Shown in pieces: positions 1 through 10,879 of a stretch of 64,000 nucleotides of DNA. The stretch spans positions 101,618,001 through 101,682,000 of the forward strand of contig NC_042999.1 in the NCBI RefSeq assembly GCF_006345805.1, given 5' to 3'. Below the pieces are notes generated by a model. The model made no database searches. It saw nothing but the letters and a program-made list of their open reading frames with translations, and had not been told where the DNA came from. The position numbers and the translations under genes were made by a program. The stretch comes from Octopus sinensis. Lineage: Eukaryota. Within the stretch, counting starts at the first letter, position 1. Every line of letters starts with the position of its first letter.

Positions 1-176
1 TGACATCCATCTTTCATTCTTAACATTGTACCTCTCCAGTCAAATTTTACCATCAACCGTCTCTTCACACTTCTTCATCATTCACTGTATTCATCCTCAC
101 CCTACTTCTATCACACTCTCCCTCCACACTCTTGCAACCTCTATCCATTTCCCTTTCTTGATCTTTTTTCCATTAA

Positions 177-1231
177 CCCTTTCGTTACCAAACCGCCCGA
201 AAAAAATTTTGGTTAATGTGACCAAAGCCGCCCAAATTTACCTATTCATATTTAAATGAGAATATCAGAGCAAATCTCTTTAGTACATTCGTGAAAACAC
301 GTATTATACTTCGTAAAGAGTTCAACTACAGTTTTGTACAAAAATCGAAGTGTAATTTTAATTCCGTGAATTTTGGGAGATTTTTTTCGAAATTTGTTCC
401 TATTGTGTTTTCAAAATTTGTAATTCTGACAAAAAATGGATACGAATTTCATTATATCAAGCAGCGAGTCAGAATTCGAAGGATTTTCTACTGAAGACCT
501 TCATAAATCTAACTCTATGACTGAAAAAAAAAAGCACGTGGTATTTGATAATGAATCCGATGTTTCATTTTCCGAAAGTGAAAACAGTGAATCCGAGAGC
601 TCCGACAGCGATAAAGAAAATGAATTGGCACCTGAATGGAGTGAAAATTTAAAAACTGTTTCTTTCGGTGATTTTTCTGAAGAAACTGGACCAAGCCACA
701 GACTTTCCCATGAGAGTAAAGCCTTAGACTATTTCTTTTTACTTTTTCGAATGAGCCTATTTGAAATCATTACGGCGGAAACGAACCGTTACGCTGAATG
801 TAAACAAAACGAAAGAAAGGATAGTTAGTGGTTTTCCACAACCTTAAATGAAATTAAGACTATTTTGCCATAAATATTATTATGGGTGTCAGAAAGTTAC
901 CCAGAATAACAAATTCTATCGTAAAATTTTGTTGTATACCCAATTGAATATTAGCTAATAACCCATTTTCTATAGCGATGTTTGAACAAAATTTTAATAA
1001 TTTTATATTTTGTTGAATTTACCTGTATCTACCTGCAATTAGAGTCACTTTGTGACAAAAATTATAGTATAGAATTGGTTGAGAACATTTCATTAAATTA
1101 TCTTCCAAAATTCACGTTAAATAAAAAAGTTATATTTGTTTAATGAAACCAGACTAAATTTATGATTATGTAAGAAATTAATTGAAACGCATAAGGGGTG
1201 TATTTTGGTCAGAAATATAGTAACGAAAGGG
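177..1231 (+). mobile_element. Internally deleted piggyBac DNA transposon
   Basis: TTAA at 173-176 and 1232-1235 flank perfect 12-bp TIRs (CCCTTTCGTTAC 177-188 / GTAACGAAAGGG 1220-1231). It contains the 5' part of a piggyBac transposase only. Confidence 0.93.
436..910 (+). pseudogene. piggyBac (PGBD4-like) transposase N-terminal remnant
   Basis: ORF 436-828 has an acidic N-terminus followed by GP...LDYFFLLF...IITAETNRYA. After a stop it continues WFSTTLNEIK, then by frameshift FAINIIMGVRKLPRI. These are typical piggyBac N-terminal motifs; no DDD catalytic core remains. Confidence 0.85.
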
Positions 1232-1659
1232 TTAACAGGACACTTTCTACTTATAACTCACCTTACTTTGTGACTAAGAATGTGGTGTTAAGGATGCATA
1301 GAATCCTTGTTGCGTTTTATGAGTTTCAATTCCAGCATAAGTATACACACCCCACTTATCAACAGCTGAGTGTATGTTATCAGGTTTAGATTAAACTGAG
1401 CACATGTAAACATTCATAATACTTAATGACAATAGGAAACAACTGGTTGTAGCTGGTTTATAAGAAAGGAGTGGGGTGGGGTATGTAAAGAAATACTTTG
1501 AATGTTTGTAAACCCCCCCACCACAAGTACTAATATCTCATCTAAAAAAAATCTAGACATTCTTACTCCACCAAAAATGTCAGCCATGTTCATGTGAATA
1601 AATAGTTTTAAAAAATAAAGGTAACTTATTTTTAATAAATCCAGAGGGATTACTTAACC

Positions 1660-2140
1660 AAATCAAAATAGATGAACATCAATGGAATTTGTATCCTTGT
1701 GGTACCAGTGCCGGTGGCACGTAAGAAAACCATCCGAACGTGGCCGTAGCCAGTACCGCATCGACTGGCCTCCGTGCTGTGGGCACGTAACAAACACCAT
1801 CCGATCGTGGCCGTTTGCCAGCCTCGTCTGGCACCTGTGTCGGTGGCACATAAAAAAAAAAACCATCCGAGCGTGGCCGTCTGCCAGCCTTGTCTGGCAC
1901 CTGTGTCGGTGGCACATAAAAACACCATCCGAGCGTGGCCGTCTGGCACCTGTGTCGGTGGCACATAAAATCACCCACTACACTCTCGGAGTGGTTGGCG
2001 TTAGGAAGGGCATCCAGCTGTAGAAACACTGCCAGATCTGACTGGCCTGGTGCAGCCTTCGGGCTTGCCAGACCCCAGTTGAACCGTCCAACCCATGCTA
2101 GCATGGAAAGCGGACGTTAAACGATGATGATGATGATGAT
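1660..2140 (+). mobile_element. RTE-LINE 3' UTR fragment with 5 internal ~60-bp units and (GAT)n tail
   Basis: Same sequence family that follows RTE ORF2 C-termini at 12950, 16862, 20515 and 31420; ends CATGCTAGCATGGAAAGCGGACGTTAAACGATGATGAT. Confidence 0.85.
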
Positions 2141-2686
2141 TGTGTTTTTTTTTATGCTGTCAGTAAGACTAGATAAAAATGATTAATGCAAATAGAATAC
2201 CACAAATCCCAATTGCCATGTGACACTTCACACAAACATACACTTAATGACATGTATGCAGTGTGGCCCTATATCAGGTAGAAGCATAGTCCTCTGACTC
2301 CATACATGTCTAATATGGCAGAGCTGACAAGAGCTATTTAATATTGACATTTAAATAGATTATTTCTCTGAGTAATTTCTTTTCAAAATGACTGAACAAG
2401 TTTTTCAACTTTCTTATAAAAAAACAATGATAATTTTTATTTGTAACAAGAGGTGCAACAACTGTTGAATCAAGAGACTGATGGCATGATCATAAGTCTT
2501 ATTAATGCTATTGTGATTTTCTAGGCAAATTCACTCGACTGGGGAAAAATAGGTTGCACTTTTACTTCACTATTTAGTGACAGGTCATAAGGAAGGTAAC
2601 CAAGTGTAAATACAATTTCAAGCTAGCATTAAAAAAATACTGTAAAAAAATATTATTTCAGAGCTTTATTTTGTCTTATTTTTCAG

Positions 2687-3552
2687 AGGAAAGAACAGTA
2701 TCATCAACAGATAAAAATCATGGAGACAGTGAAGAAAAGAATGATGATAGTAATGGTCATGATGAGGAAGCTGATAAGAATCCAAGTCAAGATGTTGGCT
2801 TAATCACACAAAGAGACATTCTTTTATTACTATTTCAAAGTCGACAACTTATGCAATCTACTCATATTTTTCAACAAGCTCTGGACATTCTAAAACTCAA
2901 AGGATACAATTGTAGTTATCTGACAGATGTTCCCAAGAAAAAGATGGTGTCATCAACTCAAGATACTACTGAAGAAACTGATATGGATGATTCCTCATCT
3001 GTTATCTCTGAGACGGATGAGCTCAATAATATGGATGATGTTTCAGAAGCAGAACAAATTGAACTGACTAAATCTCTTATTAATATTTGTTTGGCTTGGA
3101 AGCCGTCTGTACCTATTACTGAGAATGCTAAATTAGTTTTGACTCAAACATTACAGTTAGTCATTTCATGGCTAAGTCATGAGGTTTGCCACAAAGGGAC
3201 CATTATTTTGTTACACGATGTATTATTATGGATTGACAGAATTCTTGAAAATTGCAATTCAATTATTCCTGATCTTTTGACTAGTGAAAATTCCACAATT
3301 TCTGTAAGAAGCTTCCCTGAAAATCTATTAGTATTTCATGGAGGAATTATTTCTATGAAAGTACCTGACAACATTAACCAGATGGAAAGCCGTCTGGAAT
3401 TAGATTCTGCATCTAGTGAAACTATACAGAAATCTCAAAAATTACTTGCTAAGCTTTGCAAAATTCTTACAGGTTTTGAAATTCAAAACATTACTGATCA
3501 ACCTGTTAATTATTATCCATTTTTAGACAAAGTTGTAAATACAACCATTTAA
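2687..3552 (+). CDS. URB1: 3'-terminal coding exon of the upstream gene, probably URB1 (nucleolar pre-ribosomal-associated protein 1)
   Basis: The acceptor TTTTGTCTTATTTTTCAG ends at 2686, followed by an 866-nt open frame to TAA 3550-3552. The segments ITQRDILLLL, ELTKSLINICLAWKPSVP, TLQLVISWL and VLLWIDRIL...IIPDLL resemble, in order, the URB1 C-terminus as I recall it. The exon is well supported; the gene identity needs BLASTP. Confidence 0.6.
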
Positions 3553-4059
3553 TAATAGAAGAAAAAAAAGTTTTTTTTGATTAAAATATCTGAGAAATTT
3601 ATTTTCAATAACATTTTTATATTTCTATTTTGTTATTTTCTTTGCTGATCTTTTTTTTTTTCTTTTGTATGGGAGAGAGGAGTGTTGATTGATTAATTGA
3701 AAAAGATTCAGTTAATCATGCGTTAAGAGAAATCTGTTTTAGCTTGGCTGAAGGAATGTCTATCATATTAACAGAAACTGTTGATGGAAAATAATTTGAA
3801 ACTTACAGCAACTTCCTTGCACATGTAACACTGTTTTCACAGTGCTAAGTGATTGGAGGACATTTTCATTCTTGGATAGGAATGCCAACCTGTTATGTCT
3901 TGGATTTCAATTCAGCAGTGCTCATAGACAAAAATTGGTGTTTTCCACTTGCATCAGAAAACAGTGCTTCCCTGTAGTAACCATTGTGGAATCACTAGTA
4001 GGTTAACAGAGAAAGTAGTCTTTGTATGTGACAGATACACAGGAACAATAAAGACTATG

Positions 4060-4290
4060 AACACACAGGAATTAGATTTTCTCAGGAGGGACCTGAATAC
4101 AGAGGACATGCAAAAGCTGGAGAGGAATGAAACTAGTCTGCTCCAGTGGATGTGCAACATCAATGTGCATGTACTGCAAAGTGCAAATGTGTTGAAAGAT
4201 AAGTTAGTTACAGAGAAATCAGATGTAGCATGCAAGAGAGAAAACTATGATGATTTGGTCATGTGATGCATATTAAGGTTAGCTGTATAA
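4060..4290 (+). mobile_element. Degenerate RTE-LINE ORF2 C-terminal fragment
   Basis: EDMQKLERNETSLLQWMCNINVHVLQSANVLKDKL...WFGHVMHI matches the RTE C-terminal region also seen at 21022-21312. Confidence 0.7.
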
Positions 4291-6276
4291 ACAAGTGCCA
4301 GTTACTCAGTGGTTGGGATCTTCAGAACAGGATGACCTTGGAAGACATGGGGTGAAGTAATGAGGGCCAGTTTTGAAATTCTGAGCCTCATAGAGGTGAT
4401 GACAATAGACCAAGATGTCTGGCAAATTAAGTTCTTGGGAAGACTTGCCCACGTCAACAAAATTGGGTTCTGGAACCACTGTGTATTATGTGCTCTCCAC
4501 CCGTACATTACATTAATTTCCTCCACACCATGAACCAAACTGCATCTCATCACTTTTGTCCCTGCTCCTACTCTACAGCCCAACACCACTTTGTCATTTC
4601 AATCCTCTGTACCACTTCTCTTTACATTCATCTCCTTGTACCCTGAAGGTATACCTTCACCACCATCCTCTCCCTCTCTCTATCTTTCTTTCTCTCCAAC
4701 TGGGATAGCTATGTATCTCTTCTGCAAGACACTGTACTGGTATCATGTAAAAGCATATGGGAAAGGCATCCAGAGGTATAAATCGTACTACAACTGACAG
4801 TAAAGCTTGACATAGCCTTCTGGCTTGCCATCTCCTGTCAAACTGTCCAACCCTTGCCAGCACTGAAGATGGACATTAAATAATGATAGTGCTGATGATA
4901 TACATATAATTTAATGTAAAACTATATTAAAATAAAAGCTACTAATAGTATCTTCAGGCTCCTGGACACCAGACACATTATAAAAATCTGCCTAACCACA
5001 TGTTTCAATGGTAAGAAACTATTATTAGCCCTTATTTTAAATATTGTGATATTTTTCTCCCACTGGATGGAGTACGTTTTTTGTTGATCCTACCTTAACA
5101 GAACAGTAAACTATATATAACTTTCTTGTGGCTCTAAGGGTTTTTTACTCTTATTTCTAGCAATATAGGTGCTACCCAGCACCCTCAGTCACAATTAGTG
5201 ACAACTGAATTTTTCCTTCTTGGTTTTATTTTGCATATAGTTGCCTTCATTATTTTATATGAAGTGAACTGCTTGACTACACACCTTTGCTCCTTATTGA
5301 GATCTTTTGAAAAAGAAAGACATTTTATAATGCAATCTTAAATATATTTTCCCTGAAAAAAAGATGGGATGGCCACGGCTGGAATGATGGTGACCGTACG
5401 TCCACTGAATCATCAACACGAGCTAAAGTATTACAGTAAAAAAATTTTCCAATAAAAATATCGTCTGCTTGAATCATGTAGGAACATTTTCTAATTCTAT
5501 TCTGTATTACGTTACAATTTTCAAGGGTCACCTCATTTTAATTATGTATTAATTAATATATATTAACTGATCCGCGTTTATTTTTTAAGTTATCAAGTCT
5601 TTAGCTTTATTTGCAAATATGTTAAGATATTAAAACACAAAGAAAGTTATAAGACGTAAATAATCGAGATTATTATCACGAACCTGATGTAAGTTATCTA
5701 CCCTTGTTACTGAGATTCACTCGATTAGTTTAGTCGGAATACCAATAGATACATGCTTTTCCACACGTTGTTTATCCAGAGAAATAATCCCATCAAACTT
5801 CGTCTGAGTGAGAGCTTACTAAACTACAACCTATGTTTTGTTGTTTAACCTTTGGATTCTACCCTAACCATCATATCCTTCTATGACTATGTAGTTATTT
5901 TATTCGTACATAGTGTAATTTTAGAACATTATCCAATGTGTTCGGTCCTAATTTCAAAACAAATCAGGTGTGATTTAAGAAAGATTTGGCTGCTGTTTCT
6001 AGCAAACCGAGCGACTACGTAGGGTTTTTTTCTTCTTTCTTTCTTTTAGTCCCGTTATTGTTGTTTTAACGGAACTGAGCGTAAATATTAGATGGTGTTT
6101 ATTGTCGAAAGGAATATATTATGAAAACGTGTTTCCCGCGTTCTATGTTATAATCTGTCGCAACATTTTTAACTGGTCGAAGACAAAGCCTCAATTTTAT
6201 TTCATTTTTATTTTTAATATAAGAAGCAAAATCGCTGAACTTTCTAGAAAATGTTGCTATAGTAAATGCAAGCGTG

Positions 6277-6331
6277 ATGGAAATTGGCAATGTTACTCTC
6301 AGAACTAAAGGCCTTAATATACTTCAAAGTG
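6277..6331 (+). CDS. WDCP: WD repeat and coiled-coil-containing protein homologue, coding exon 1
   Basis: ATG 6277 gives MEIGNVTLRTKGLNILQS+G, donor GTGAGT at 6332, in-frame upstream stop at 6220. Resembles the human WDCP start MELGKGKLLRTGLNALHQ. Confidence 0.88.
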
Positions 6332-6507
6332 GTGAGTGTTTGTTTATATTAATATTTTATAGATAAATATGCTGAAAATTCAACATTTTGCTATGGATCC
6401 CGAGATTTTTGTTTTTATTACGTTGTTTGTTATTGATGTTGGTATAACATTATTTTAGAAATATGAATTAAACCCTGAAGTTCAAAACAAAATTATGGAA
6501 TATATGT

Positions 6508-6511
6508 CTAG

Positions 6512-6567
<56 letters not shown>

Positions 6568-6801
6568 TTTTATGTAGAAAAATACAAACTGGGACAAGAA
6601 CGTAAAACATTAAGAAGACGATACAAAAAACACGGACGGGACATTCGAAGCCTTCAATCTTCAGTCAAGAACCGGATCATCGTAGCAATTTCGGCTGATT
6701 AATCTTGAGATCGCTCCGATCCGGCCAGCCCCAAGGAAAAACTAATCTACGAGCATTAGATTTCTTCGCCGTGTTTAAGGGCTTAATGAAGTTATTCGTG
6801 A

Positions 6802-6898
<97 letters not shown>

Positions 6899-6905
6899 GA
6901 GAGGG
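6508..6905. repeat. (TA)n and (GA)n microsatellites bracketing a ~230-bp CpG-rich insert (6575-6800), probably a Penelope-type 3' fragment on the minus strand
   Basis: TA runs at 6508-6565 and 6802-6868, GA run to 6905. The insert has a GGCTG...CAGCC-GAAA stem on the minus strand like the element at 25.4 kb, but lacks the CUGANGA core. Confidence 0.5.
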
Positions 6906-7749
6906 AGGACAAACGGAAGAAAGTGGCTCTCAACACATTTGGAAGGAATCACTTTTTTTTTTTTAATAGCTTGGCTCAGCTCCAAATCACTTTAAGTTTT
7001 GTGGGCTCATGCGACGGACTTATCTCGTCAGATATCTAGAGACAAAATGTCCCAAGATGAAATGGGTTCGCCCTATGAGCTCACGAAACTTGGTCATAAA
7101 GTTGAGACAAACTTATATATATACACAACAGGTGAGAGCTAGAAATACTCAGTATATGAAACACGTAGTAGTGCTCAAATGAATTTGAAACTCCGAAATC
7201 TTCATCCGAAACTGGGTTCGCGGCGTGATGAGCAGCTATAAGAAAATCCTAGGCGAGCTGTATGTCAAGCCTAATCTGCATCATTACATCTGTCACATAT
7301 ATAAAGAAAGAGAGAGTCGTGTCGTAATTTCTCAGACTCGAGTCAGGACAAACTTCGAATTACAGGTATCATAGAAATAGGTGCTTGTATGAAAAACTTT
7401 TAGTCTCACTTTTTTTTTATCTGCAATGCATATTCTTTTTTTTTTATATAAGATTCTGAACTTCAAACAGTTAGGGAAGTAGAGCTTAGTAAAGTACCTA
7501 TTCGTTATTTATAGGAAACAAGGAAGGAAAGAAAAATAAATAAATTACATAATATATTCTGAATCCCGAAAATAAGTCATTTTTAATTCCAGAATCCAAG
7601 CACAAGCAAATATATGGTTTCCCTCTTTATTACTTTGGGTCTCTATCTCAAAATAGAAACTTCCTTGGGTGGGCCTACGTTTTATACATTTTAGCTATAG
7701 TAACATTATTAGTAGTAAAAATAATTTCAGTGTAATTATCATATACTCT

Positions 7750-7960
7750 AAGGTGGCGAGTTGGTAGGATGGTTAGCGTGTCGGGAAATTGCTTAGCAAC
7801 ATCTCTTTCGGCTTTACGTTTTGAGTTTAAATCCCGCTGGGATCAACTTTGCCTTTCATCCTTGTGGGGTCATAAAATAGAGCACCAGTCAAGTACTGAA
7901 GTCGATGTAATCGATTTTCCACTTCTCGAAATATGCTGGCCTTGTGCCAAAATTTGGAAG
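7750..7960 (+). mobile_element. tRNA-derived SINE, family A (GAGCTGGCAGAATC...CTGAGTTCAAATTC...AAATAAGTACCAG...GGCCTTGTGCC)
   Basis: A/B-box-like motifs and the shared body found in about 20 copies across the window. Confidence 0.75.
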
Positions 7961-8431
7961 AATCTTTACTTCTTATATATACATGTTATAAGGCCTGCGT
8001 AATTAATGATTTCAAATCGAAACTTCTTATAACTATTTTCTATTTATTTTTCTTTCTTTACACAATCAAATTTATAGTTCTAGTCCGACAATCTTACAAT
8101 ATTTTTTAAAAACTTTTTATGTAGTCGTGTGGAAAGCTTAAAACAGTAAATTGTTTGGCTCCATAGATTCTGATTGTTATCTCAGGGAAGTAAAAGTGAA
8201 TAACCTGTCGGACCTGTCAGGGAGGACAATACAAATGTGTTACGGATGAGTTCTCAATGAAGCAAAGAACCTTCAGTGATGTCAAGCATTTTATTTTTGT
8301 TTGTTTTGCTTTTCTGACAAGTGTAAGTGTTTTTGTTTTGCTTTGTTAAAAGAAATCGTTTTCTTTTAACATATGACACATGGTTGGTGGTTGTTGATGT
8401 TCAGCTCCAACTCAGTTCTGATCATGTAGAC

Positions 8432-8725
8432 CAGTGGTTCTCAACCGGGGTCCGCACAGCAAAACTGGGGATTCACAATAGTATTTTAAAGGGCACCTGA
8501 AAAAATTTTGCTTTAGTTGTATTTATTGCAAGAAACAGCGAGGTTTCCTGTATCATTTTACGTAATTCATCCTACACAAGTTAATGTGTGTGAAACGAAA
8601 TAGGAATTTTGAAAGAGGTGTCTATAAAACTAGTTTTTAAATATCGAATGATTATAGGGGTCCACCAGAATAAAACAGTAATCAAAGGGGTTCATAGACA
8701 AAAAAAAAATGATTGAAAACCCCTG
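8432..8725 (+). mobile_element. hAT-type MITE
   Basis: Ends CAGTGGTTCTCAACC / GATTGAAAACCCCTG; same family as 38973-39583 and 33534-33768; TSD is imperfect. Confidence 0.75.
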
Positions 8726-10164
8726 AATTATAGACCTATGATAAAAGATCTTCCAGCCATGACCATTCCTGTTTTTTTTTTCCTTTTAATTTTTTTTTTT
8801 AGATGCAATATAGTTAATGTGTCCTTCCTTTTTAAGAAGGTAGGGTTTAATTTGAAGAAGGTGCGACTTGTTTTCTACTGCAGCTCCGAGTTGACCAAAC
8901 CTTTATAAGTGAAATCTGATACACGGAAACTGTTCTTGGACAACATGCTTAATTCGTAACCCACCTTTATTGGAGTCCACAGTCTCAAACATAAGAACCA
9001 AGTCTCCTGTTTAAAGATAACCCTTTGAGTTTTAATTTATTCCTTACTTTTACCCCCATTGGCTTGAGAGATCCTGCAATAAGGTCATTAGCTGATTGTT
9101 AATAATTTTATCTTTTTTAGAAAATAGTTATCTATCCAACTTAAATTGCCTGCAATGTTAAGAATTCTCTTCTTGTGATACACAAACTTATCCTCTTATG
9201 TGTGCCTTGAGAAATTTATGATATAGAGATGTGTGTAGGAAAATAATTCCAGCCATGAAATAAATCTAGGAATGCGCAAATATCTGCATTTGTATACCTG
9301 TTCAAACATTTGAAGTATGATAGGGCAGTTAGAAAGGTAATATGTGAGTGAGTAAAGATAGCATGTATTCAAGAATATTATGTGATGTATTGTGCAATAA
9401 CAGAGTGAATAAGGTAGAGAATTTTAGCTGTAAAATTGGTATTCAGGTGAAGACCAAGTTAAAGTTCAAAGCTTAAAAAGAAGATTACTGTTATATAATA
9501 ATAAATAAAATATGATATATATGAAGATTCACTAAGTTATATTACTTGTTTTCTGCCACTGGCAGATGATTTTTCTGCAAATCCTATTTGCTTTTCACTT
9601 TAAACCTTAATCAACAACAGATGTAAAAAAGACAAAAGAAAGTAATTAAATTTTTCCTATGATTTGTTAGCAGCAAGCTAAGTTTCTCTTTTACCTCTTT
9701 ATTTCTTTCTTTTTTTTTCTTTTTTTTTTTCTGGTATTATTGTAAGATTTGTTAATGATTTGGGTTGGATGATGTTCTGGTGATGAGAAATATTAATTGA
9801 AGTTGTCAATAGGTTGGGGAATAAGATCATCTTAATTAAACAGCTGGCCATATCAACAGGAATGATTTTAATGAACCAATGAGAGAGCTACTATATAATT
9901 ACTTTGACCTGGTACAAATAGCAGTCAAATTTCCTTTTGAATTACACCCTACCATCTTAAAAATGGTAGAACAGTTGTGACCATCTTGTCTCATTCTCAG
10001 ACATAGCTGAGTCTAAGACTATATTGGCCAATGCCTCCTTCTTCTAAGATGATTTGAGAGAGATTTAGCTGCTATTTCCATCACATTGCACAGTGGCAAT
10101 GTAGCAGTTCCCTTGCTCGTTCATCTCTTCTCTGTTATAGAAGTCTTACTGGCTTTTGGTACTT

Positions 10165-10385
10165 TCCCATTCCAATACTAACAATAATTGTTTCTAAACT
10201 TGGTGCAAGGCCTGCATTTTTGAGGGGAAGGAATTAGTCCGTTATAGACCCAGTAATCAACTGATACCCGATTGACCCCAGAGGAATGAAAAACAAAGTT
10301 AGCCTCAGCAGAATTTGAACTCAGAACAAAGAGTAAGGAGAAATACTGCAGAGAATTTCTTTCCAATGCTCTAACCATTCTACAA
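10165..10385 (-). mobile_element. SINE family A
   Basis: Reverse complement of the family A body (GAATTTGAACTCAGAAC, CAAGGCC). Confidence 0.7.
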
Positions 10386-10879
10386 ATCCTGTAGTTTTTT
10401 TCACCTATATATTTATTTTATGATTCAATCAAATGAAGACAGACAGCACCTATGACTTTCTTTCAAATCTGATGAAAGGGTGTGTAAGATATTCTTAAAC
10501 TAGAATTCATGTATGAATGTGTGTAACTAACCAAAGTGCGCACCGCTAATGGAGTATTTTATTTATTTATCTATTTATTACTGTTATTTTCATATGTTAA
10601 TCAGATTAGTAATTAGCTAAGCAACTTTCTTTTATATGACTAGGCTTATTATTTTTTTTATTTTATTAATTGTTGATTGCTATTATTTGCAAATTATTTA
10701 TTTCTGCAGCATTTTGATCTTGTTGCCTCAAAAGCCATATCCTCTATTATCTCTGTTGTTGTAAAGTGTACAAAACTAAATCTTATTTAATTCTACTTAT
10801 GACATTGATGTTCTTTTATAGTACTGAGATAGTAGTCATAGTAGTGATGTCAGAGCCGATCATGTTGCTCTTTGTTTTT

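Larger units (their letters stand above)
5370..8900. promoter_or_regulatory. CpG-retaining putative promoter / first-exon region of WDCP
   Basis: CpG is visibly more frequent than in the deep introns, and repeat copies here keep CpG where sister copies elsewhere show TG/CA. It brackets the first coding exon. The TSS is not determinable. Confidence 0.55.

Noticed and set aside
1700-1975. Repeat array resembling CRISPR
   Set aside because: Units are contiguous with no unique spacers, no cas genes are present, and the array lies in a eukaryotic LINE 3' UTR.
1650-2120. Six overlapping 60-141-aa ORFs (similar ones at 20561-20993, 31739-32083 and 39159-39771)
   Set aside because: They arise from the GC-rich tandem units of the RTE 3' UTR, occur in all frames and on both strands, and show no protein motif.
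6102-6308. 68-aa ORF as the first exon of the second gene
   Set aside because: It has a non-ATG start and the wrong frame; the WDCP-like frame begins at ATG 6277 and splices in phase at 6331.
6640-6740. Intact hammerhead in the TA-flanked insert
   Set aside because: The GGCTG...CAGCC-GAAA stem is not preceded by CUGANGA, and the nearby CTGAAGA is followed by GAAT rather than GAAA, with no valid stems.
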